From positions 2,877-66,876 of the forward strand of contig DASRGM010000056.1 of NCBI GenBank assembly GCA_035651035.1: a stretch of DNA of 64,000 nucleotides, written 5' to 3'. The notes beneath the pieces were generated by a model. That model ran no database searches. It was not told where the DNA came from and saw only the letters and a list, made by a program, of their open reading frames with translations. Origin of the DNA: Terriglobales bacterium (GTDB taxonomy: Bacteria > Acidobacteriota > Terriglobia > Terriglobales > Acidobacteriaceae). Positions 58,028 through 64,000 of the stretch are shown piece by piece (the stretch's first letter is position 1; each line of letters opens with the position of its first letter). The position numbers were made by a program, and so were the translations under genes.

Positions 58028-58353
58028 CCCGCATCGAGACCACGAGTGAAAAGTGACCGCGACCAGCGTACGATTTCGGCCCGCGCTTGAACGATATGGT
58101 CCACAGTGAAGATGAGAACCCGCACCCGATCTTTATAGGTGAGATAGGAGGCTCGTCATGGTTGGAAGGGGTGGCCCAGCCGCAACCACCCAACAAGCGT
58201 TCGGCTGGTTGAGGGACTCAGTTCCTTCTGACTACGCCGGATGCCCCACGCATCCGCGGGTTCGGATCAGTGGGCCACCCGCACCGGTACCCGGCCCAAA
58301 TTCGCTAGATCGAAAAGCGAATGGCGAACAGAGAAGAGCGAACAGCGGCTCCT

Positions 58354-60330
58354 CTACGAACCCGCCAGGCTCGTCACCCGGTCCATCTCTTTCTTGTTGA
58401 TCTTGATCTTGCCTTGTTTTTCCAGCGTGCTGCGCAGGTTATCGACGTAGAGGTTTTCGAACTCCTGCCGCCGCTGCTCCACCAGCGCCTGCCGCGCCTT
58501 CTCCCAATCCTGTTTCGTTTGCGCTTCGGTGGGCGTCTCGACCTCGAGCACCTTCACTACCGCGCCGTTGCTTCCCGCTTGAATGGCGCCGCTGATCTCG
58601 CCCGGCTTCATGCCGAAGACAACCCCCAGAGGTCCGCTCATGGCGCCCAGCTCGGGCAGCTGCGCATTGCTGTCGACCAGGTCGCTGGTCTTGACGGTGG
58701 CCCCCGCTTCCTTCGCCGCCTTGTCCAGATCATGCTCGGAGTGGGCGCGATCGGCAAGCTCCTGCGTCTTCTGCGCCAGCAGTTGATCGGCGCGCTGCGA
58801 CTTGAACTGCTGCTCGATCTTGTCCTTCACTTGCTCGAATGTGGGCGTCTGCGGCGGCTGAATATCGGTCACCTGGTACACCACGTAGCCCGTCGGAGTC
58901 GCGGCGACCGCCGGCGGATCGTTCTTCTTGGCTCCCAGCAGCGCGGTCATCAGGTCCGGAGCGACCCCGACATCGGGCAATTGATCGCCTTGCGATACAA
59001 AGTCGGTGGTCGTGACCTTCAGGTTGCGCTCCTGCGCCGCTTTGTCGAGTCCCACAGTGTGGGCTAGCGCCTGGAGCGTATTGGCCACGCTCTGCGCCTG
59101 GGTTTGCGCCTTCTGCTTCTTCAGGATGGGCTCGATCTCCGGCTTCACTTCGTCGAGCGGCTTCAGCCGGGCCTCCTGCTTGGCCTCGACGTGAATGATG
59201 TGGAAGCCGTAGGTGGTGCGAATCACGCCGGTGGTCTGTCCGACCGGAGTGTTGAAGGCTGCCTGCTCGAACTCGGGCACGGTGCGGCCGCGCGTGATCG
59301 CCGGCAATAGGCCGCCGTCTTTCGCGGTGCTGGGGTCTTCAGAGTACTTCTTCGCCAGATCGGCGAAATTTGCGCCCGCCTTCAACTGCTTGGCGATGTC
59401 GTCGGCCTTGGCCTTGGCGGCGTCGACGGCTTTCTGGTCGACCTTGCCGCTGGCGTCCGGCGTGGGCGTCTTGATCAGGATGTGGCGCACCGTCACCGTC
59501 TCAGGGATGCGGAACTGGTCCTGGTTCTGCCGGTAATACTGCTGCAACTCGGCGGGCGTGACCGTCGCCTGCTGCTCCAGGCTGTTGGTGTCGATCACGA
59601 TGTACTTGGCCTTCACCTTCTCCGGAATCGAGTTCACATACTGCTGCTTGTTCTGGTTGTAGAAGGCCTTCAGTTCGGCGTCGGTGGGCTTGATCTGCTT
59701 CTTGATGTCGTCCAGCGAGAGCACGGCGTACTCGAACTTCACCTTCGTGTCCTGCCGCTTCAACTCCTCGCGAATGTCCTTCTCGCTGACCGTGACTGCC
59801 GAGCCGATGGCGGCCAGCAGCTTGTGCTGCGCGATTTCGGCCTTCACCTCCTGCTCGAACTGCTGCACTCCCATGCGAAACTCGGACTCGATCAGCTGTT
59901 CGTAACGGTCTTCGCCGATGAAGACGCCGTTGGGAAACAGCTGCTTGCCGAATTCGCCCTCATGGAGATAGTCGCGCAGCTCGTCGTCGGTGACACCCAG
60001 CCCCATCTTGTCGGCCTCATACACCACCGCTTTTTCGGTGATGACGTTCTCGGCAGCGCGCGACATCAGGTAGGGCATGAGCCCCTCGGGAACGTTGCCC
60101 CTAAACTGCTGCTGGCCGATGAGCCGCGCCTGCTGCGACACTTGCTGAATGCTGATTTCCTGGTCGCCGACTTTGGCGAGCACCCCTTGGGTCGTGAGGC
60201 TGCCGCCAAGATAGTCGCCGAAAATGCCGCCGGGAACGAGGGTGATGACCATCATCACGCAAACCACGACCAGAAGGCCGCCAAGGACAATCTTCTTTAT
60301 CGGTCCCGGCTGCTGCAAAAATCGAATCAT
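58354..60330 (-). CDS. ppiD: periplasmic chaperone / peptidyl-prolyl isomerase PpiD-like
   Basis: 658-aa ORF. N-terminal TM anchor, SurA_N-like domain, and a parvulin domain (VRHILIK...GFHIIHV). Confidence 0.88.
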   Translation of the reverse strand: MIRFLQQPGPIKKIVLGGLLVVVCVMMVITLVPGGIFGDYLGGSLTTQGVLAKVGDQEISIQQVSQQARLIGQQQFRGNVPEGLMPYLMSRAAENVITEKAVVYEADKMGLGVTDDELRDYLHEGEFGKQLFPNGVFIGEDRYEQLIESEFRMGVQQFEQEVKAEIAQHKLLAAIGSAVTVSEKDIREELKRQDTKVKFEYAVLSLDDIKKQIKPTDAELKAFYNQNKQQYVNSIPEKVKAKYIVIDTNSLEQQATVTPAELQQYYRQNQDQFRIPETVTVRHILIKTPTPDASGKVDQKAVDAAKAKADDIAKQLKAGANFADLAKKYSEDPSTAKDGGLLPAITRGRTVPEFEQAAFNTPVGQTTGVIRTTYGFHIIHVEAKQEARLKPLDEVKPEIEPILKKQKAQTQAQSVANTLQALAHTVGLDKAAQERNLKVTTTDFVSQGDQLPDVGVAPDLMTALLGAKKNDPPAVAATPTGYVVYQVTDIQPPQTPTFEQVKDKIEQQFKSQRADQLLAQKTQELADRAHSEHDLDKAAKEAGATVKTSDLVDSNAQLPELGAMSGPLGVVFGMKPGEISGAIQAGSNGAVVKVLEVETPTEAQTKQDWEKARQALVEQRRQEFENLYVDNLRSTLEKQGKIKINKKEMDRVTSLAGS

Positions 60331-60527
60331 GTGGTTGGATACTCCAGAAGAGTGGGCTGAAACACTGATTATAAACCAGGCTCAGCCCGTCTCGAAGAAA
60401 CAGACGATGCGCTTGGTCGGCGTCGATGTCGCAAGTAGAGCAGGTTGCTTCGACGCGCCGAACGCCTAGGGTTGCCGTTCATGGTCGTCGGCATATTCCT
60501 AATAAGCGGCGCATTTTCATGAGCTTG

Positions 60528-60553
60528 GAAATTGTTCTACGTAGAACATTTTC
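60528..60553. promoter_or_regulatory. 26-bp near-perfect palindrome (16-bp perfect core TGTTCTACGTAGAACA)
   Basis: GAAATTGTTCTAC|GTAGAACATTTTC has one mismatch in 13 pairs. It lies in the ppiD / radical-SAM divergent intergenic region. Confidence 0.7.
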
Positions 60554-60564
60554 GTAGGGGCTCG

Positions 60565-60657
60565 ATGTCGATTCGGATGCCAGCTACTGCCGCTCGCATC
60601 GCAAATGTCGCCGCTCAGGCGACACTCATTCCCGCCATCGAATCGCTTATGTTGTAA
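60565..60657 (+). CDS. possible 30-codon ORF immediately upstream of the radical-SAM gene
   Basis: Encodes MSIRMPATAARIANVAAQATLIPAIESLML. AGGGG lies 4 nt upstream. The ORF ends 18 nt before the radical-SAM ATG. It is not supported by any recognisable family. Confidence 0.2.
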   Translation: MSIRMPATAARIANVAAQATLIPAIESLML

Positions 60658-60675
60658 TAGAAATTGCTGAAAGCT

Positions 60676-61698
60676 ATGACGAAATCCTCCCAGCGCCGGC
60701 GCCTGCTCATTGCCAAACGGCGCATTCGTGAGTTGCGGGTCATCACCAGGGGGCTGCGCTCGACCGACCATCCCATCCTGGCGCACATCATCCCCATCCG
60801 CCGCTGCAATCTCTCCTGCGAGTATTGCAACGAGTACGATGACTTCTCCAAGCCCGTGCCGCTGGAGACGATGAAGACGCGCATCGATCATCTGGCGCGA
60901 CTGCGCACCTCGATCGTCACCCTCAGCGGCGGCGAGCCGCTGCTGCATCCCGACCTCGATGAGATCGTTCGGCACATTCGCCGGCAGCGCATGATTGCCG
61001 GCATGATCACTAACGGCTATCTGCTCACCGCCGATCGCATCCAGCGCCTCAACCACGCCGGCCTCGACCACCTGCAGATCTCCATCGACAACATCATGCC
61101 CGACGAGGTCTCGAAGAAGTCGCTGAAGGTGCTCGACAAGAAGCTGCAGCTGCTGGCCGAGCACGCCGAGTTTCACGTCAATATCAATTCGGTTGTCGGC
61201 GGCGGCATCCACAACCCGCAGGACGCGCTGGTCGTCGGACGCCGCGCCATCCAGCTCGGCTTCACCTCCACCATCGGCATCATTCACGACGGCGACGGCC
61301 AGCTTCGTCCGCTGGGCGAGCGCGAGCGCGAAGTCTTTTTGAAGATGAAGGAGCTCGACAAGCGCCACTATTCGCGCATGAACTGGTTCCAGAACAACAT
61401 CGCCAACGGCAAGCCCAACAACTGGCGATGCCGCGCCGGCGCACGCTATCTCTATATCTGCGAGGACGGCCTGGTGCACTATTGCTCACAGCAGCGCGGC
61501 TCGCCCGCCATTCCGCTGGAGAAGTACACCGTCGACGACATCCGCCGCGAGTTCCTCACCGAAAAAGGCTGCGCGCCGAACTGCACCGTCTCCTGCGTCC
61601 ATCAGGTGTCGTACATGGACCACTGGCGCGCCCCGCAAACCATCCGCACCACCCCGCAACCACCGGTCGCCGCCGAACAGCTCGTGCAGATCGAGTAA
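60676..61698 (+). CDS. radical SAM enzyme with Cys-rich C-terminal (auxiliary-cluster-like) region
   Basis: ORF opens at TTG 60664, and I prefer ATG 60676. CNLSCEYC (CxxxCxxC), SGGEPLL, and C-terminal CRAGARYLYICEDGLVHYC...GCAPNCTVSC. Confidence 0.85.
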   Translation: MTKSSQRRRLLIAKRRIRELRVITRGLRSTDHPILAHIIPIRRCNLSCEYCNEYDDFSKPVPLETMKTRIDHLARLRTSIVTLSGGEPLLHPDLDEIVRHIRRQRMIAGMITNGYLLTADRIQRLNHAGLDHLQISIDNIMPDEVSKKSLKVLDKKLQLLAEHAEFHVNINSVVGGGIHNPQDALVVGRRAIQLGFTSTIGIIHDGDGQLRPLGEREREVFLKMKELDKRHYSRMNWFQNNIANGKPNNWRCRAGARYLYICEDGLVHYCSQQRGSPAIPLEKYTVDDIRREFLTEKGCAPNCTVSCVHQVSYMDHWRAPQTIRTTPQPPVAAEQLVQIE

Positions 61699-61776
61699 GC
61701 GATGTGCCAATGATGCTTCGTGGTCGCCACGCTCATAACGTCGTGGCATAGCATCGAATCGCCACACACTCCTGTG

Positions 61777-61803
61777 GGTAGAGCGGCGCTTCAGCGCCGC
61801 GTC
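61777..61803 (+). repeat. REP-like element, copy 4
   Basis: GGTAGAGCGGCGCTTCAGCGCCGCGTC. The flanks and loop match the other copies. The stem is changed by compensatory substitutions. Confidence 0.8.
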
Positions 61804-61830
61804 ATACCGCACCCGTCCATCGCCCGGATA

Positions 61831-61852
61831 AATTATCGCTTCAGCGATAATT
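61831..61852 (+). repeat. perfect 9-bp TTCA-loop hairpin
   Basis: AATTATCGC-TTCA-GCGATAATT. Confidence 0.85.
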
Positions 61853-62192
61853 GAAACAATCGGTTCATCTATCGGTGCGCAGCTTCAACGGCTGGTACAC
61901 GGTGCGGGGCAGTTCAGCATATCGAACTCGATGCGCATTCTGGAGGCGCTGGCTGCGGCTGGCCTTGATTGTGCTGGTTGCGATGGTGTGGATCCTGGTT
62001 CGCCTCTTGCAGCGCAGGGCCCGCGCGTAGAAGCTCAACAATGCCGCACGCGCGCGAGGCCCTTCGGCGGCTCGAACGCCACGCAAACCCGGATCGGCCC
62101 AAACGAGCGGCTTCGCAAAAGGTATCGCGAGCACCGATCGAATTCCGCGCGTTTGGACCGCTGCCGGGATCGTAGATTCGCCGGGGGTACGT

Positions 62193-62198
62193 TATAAT
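62193..62198 (+). promoter_or_regulatory. consensus -10 box (TATAAT) upstream of tRNA-Lys
   Basis: Perfect TATAAT 35 nt before the tRNA 5' end. No good -35 is visible. Confidence 0.4.
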
Positions 62199-62232
62199 CG
62201 GGATGCCCTTCTGCAAGGCCTCCTGCAACAAA

Positions 62233-62308
<76 letters not shown>

Positions 62309-62391
62309 ACTCTCTTTGTTCCCAGCCCTATTTTTCCTTTGCAATCTATGACTCCCGCGGACGCCGGTCCGGCCATAGAATGGCGTTTTTC

Positions 62392-62434
62392 TATGTTGTC
62401 ACGGCAACATATGTTATGTTGTAATAGCAACATG
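62392..62434 (+). promoter_or_regulatory. two tandem 20-bp palindromic operators overlapping a candidate promoter
   Basis: O1 is TATGTTG-TCACGG-CAACATA (62392-62411). O2 is TATGTTG-TAATAG-CAACATG (62415-62434). -35 TTGTCA (62396-62401) and -10 TGTAAT (62420-62425) have an 18-nt spacer. Confidence 0.6.
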
Positions 62435-62443
62435 GAGGACGCC

Positions 62444-63154
62444 ATGAGTGACATTTTGGGCGCGATTGTTGGCCGGCGGGCTGTTAAGGTTTTTGAGCCA
62501 GTAGAAATATCTCCAGAGATGCGCGAGGAGATTCTCGACGCGGCGCGACATGCTCCCTCGAGTTTTAACGTGCAGCCCTACCGCTTCTATTGGGTGGGAT
62601 CGGCAACGAAGAAGGCGGCGGTGGCGAAACTGTGCATGGGGCAGAAACCTGCGGAAACCGCCTCGGCACTGGTCGTCGTGGTTGCGGATATCGGTTCGAT
62701 GAAGGCGACGAGCCGCGCCCAAGCGCAGTGGATGCGCGCGAGCAACTTCGCCGAAGAGAAGATCCGCGATTATGAGCGGACAGCCAAGATCGGCCGCATC
62801 TTGTTCATGCCGGGGCCATTCGGTATTTTCGCCGCCTTCAAAAGGGCGCTCTTTCGTTTGCTGAACCTGTGGATGACGTGCGGAATGCCGCCGCTCTCCC
62901 GGCAGGAAATATTCAAATGGGCGACGAAGAGCACGTCGCTGGCGTGCCAGAATCTGATGATCGCTGCCGAGGCGCTGGGCATGAACACCTGTCCCATGGA
63001 AGGCTTTGATGGCCGCAGGCTTTCTCGATATCTCGGACTGTCGCGGCGGCATCATGAAATCGTGATGGTGATCGCCATCGGAAAGAAAGCGCCTTCCTAC
63101 ATTGCGCAGCAGCAGTGGCGAAGGCCGCTTCACACAACGGTAACCGTCCTATGA
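62444..63154 (+). CDS. nitroreductase-family flavoprotein
   Basis: Start moved to MSDILGAI, preceded by GGAGGA. RRAVKVF, AARHAPSSFNVQPYRF and the C-terminal CPMEGFD motif are typical of this family. Confidence 0.85.
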   Translation: MSDILGAIVGRRAVKVFEPVEISPEMREEILDAARHAPSSFNVQPYRFYWVGSATKKAAVAKLCMGQKPAETASALVVVVADIGSMKATSRAQAQWMRASNFAEEKIRDYERTAKIGRILFMPGPFGIFAAFKRALFRLLNLWMTCGMPPLSRQEIFKWATKSTSLACQNLMIAAEALGMNTCPMEGFDGRRLSRYLGLSRRHHEIVMVIAIGKKAPSYIAQQQWRRPLHTTVTVL

Positions 63155-63591
63155 ACATGCTTCCGAAGAGTGAGATTCCCGAAGACATTCTGAAAGGCTC
63201 AGTTCTTGCACATATCGCGGCGGCGTATTTTTCGGTGGGTAGGAGGCTGGAGCGGAAGACCCAATGTTCGGCGACTCGCGGCTTTATCCTGTCGACGCTG
63301 CGCGACGGCGTGACACTGAACCAGAATCAGATCGCCACGCTGCTGGGATTCGACCGAACCGTGGTGCATCGGGCCATCAAGTCGATGAAGCAGGAAGGGC
63401 TGGTGACGGAGCGGAAGGCGAAATCAGGCAGAGCAATCCACGTCCGTGTGACGGCCAAGGGAACCGAGTACAGGAAACGCCTCATCCAGGCCAGGATGGC
63501 CGCCGACGAAATCGTCCGGCAACTAATGACGTCAGAGGAGCGGGAGACGTTGGTTCGGCTCTTGAGGCTCGTCGCAGAATGTGAGTTTTGA
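63151..63591 (+). CDS. MarR-family transcriptional regulator
   Basis: Start at MNMLPKS, with an ATGA overlap with the nitroreductase stop. Winged HTH (LNQNQIATLLGFDRTVVHRAIKSMKQEGLV). Confidence 0.85.
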   Translation: MNMLPKSEIPEDILKGSVLAHIAAAYFSVGRRLERKTQCSATRGFILSTLRDGVTLNQNQIATLLGFDRTVVHRAIKSMKQEGLVTERKAKSGRAIHVRVTAKGTEYRKRLIQARMAADEIVRQLMTSEERETLVRLLRLVAECEF

Positions 63592-63610
63592 GCCGAAGCA
63601 GAGTGTCTGT

Positions 63611-63637
63611 CGCCGGCTGAGCCGGCTCGAACTTTTA
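63611..63637 (+). terminator. possible terminator after marR
   Basis: GCCGGC-TGA-GCCGGC hairpin followed 6 nt later by TTTT. The stem is weak and short. Confidence 0.4.
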
Positions 63638-63860
63638 AATAGTGGCTCACACGCTGGCTTGAAGTGTGTGCGTGAGAACCCTGTCGTCCCTCCTTGATTT
63701 TGGCTCTCGTTCCCAGCTTACCCAGCGCTGAACGCGTTGGGCTAACCTCTTCCGCGCCTACGGCGCTGCATTCTGGCGGCAGAGCGATTCCTTTGTTCCA
63801 CCAAGTGATTGTGAATCGGGTTCTCACCCGCTCATTGAAGTCCTTCGCAGAGCTCTTTTT

Positions 63861-64000
63861 CTATGAGTGCGTCCGCTGTTTTTGCACCAGCGCCAGCAGC
63901 TGGTCTCCAGTCATCCGATGCGCGGCATTGTGGGGGCACTCGCGGACGCAGCGCGGGTCGGGATGCTCCTCGCGGCCGGCGGCATCGCACAAATCGCAGG
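63861..64000 (-). CDS. 3' end of a gene running off the window (Cys-rich C-terminus)
   Basis: The minus frame reads ...CDLCDAAGREEHPDPRCVRECPHNAAHRMTGDQLLALVQKQRTHS*, which is open to the window edge. An Fe-S-like Cys spacing is possible. I cannot assign a family. Confidence 0.35.
   Translation of the reverse strand, partial: CDLCDAAGREEHPDPRCVRECPHNAAHRMTGDQLLALVQKQRTHS

Noticed and set aside
58158-58400. 80-aa ORF with a good AGGAGG-N6-ATG.
   Set aside because: The product is Pro/Gly-rich repeat-derived text. It overlaps the 3' end of ppiD and is built from hairpin repeats.
61931-62197. 88-aa ORF (and antisense ORFs 61865-62134 and 61914-62231) in the spacer before tRNA-Lys.
   Set aside because: Third codon positions are T-rich, unlike real genes here. 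There are no motifs, and another frame shows the better coding signal.
63672-63827. 10-bp inverted repeat GTGAGAACCC / GGGTTCTCAC separated by 136 nt downstream of marR.
   Set aside because: It is short, with no extension of pairing and no further copies seen in the window. It could be chance or part of the general repeat background.

Overview
High-GC (~60%) bacterial chromosomal segment. Several traits suggest an Acidobacteriota-type genome, but this is inference only: tandem TIGR03118-type beta-propeller paralogues, a PEP-CTERM protein, an orphan MacB/FtsX permease, and intergenic DNA full of short hairpin repeats. I can support about 52 protein genes, an SRP (4.5S) RNA and tRNA-Lys(CTT). 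I found no rRNA, CRISPR array, transposase or integrase.

Gene content is mostly housekeeping and envelope functions:
- an asnB-like / GT-C glycosyltransferase / sqdB operon facing a pair of half-size EamA genes
- two malQ paralogues and treY
- an OmpR-type two-component system with a porin-like barrel and a cupredoxin
- aspA, osmC, fabH, rimO, yacG, pgpA, cinA, thpR, plsY, gpsA
- TolC plus a HlyD-type adaptor, a GGDEF cyclase, rodZ, kpsF, sulP, rpsA
- the imuA-imuB-dnaE2 mutagenesis cassette
- a HigB/HigA-like toxin-antitoxin pair, hbd, ppiD, a radical-SAM enzyme, and a nitroreductase-MarR pair

The least ordinary observations are:
1. REP/REPIN-like palindromic repeats and a 15-bp tandem array sit in frame inside dnaE2, and hairpins fill both imu intercistronic gaps.
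2. UDP-sulfoquinovose synthase is translationally coupled to an ArnT/PMT-like GT-C enzyme, next to an ArnE/F-like membrane pair.
3. A 26-bp near-perfect palindrome and a 30-codon ORF precede an isolated radical-SAM gene.
4. A four-half-site operator lies at the nitroreductase-marR promoter.
5. A 152-bp MITE-like element has 14-bp terminal inverted repeats.

All functional calls come from motif recognition by eye. No database search was possible.
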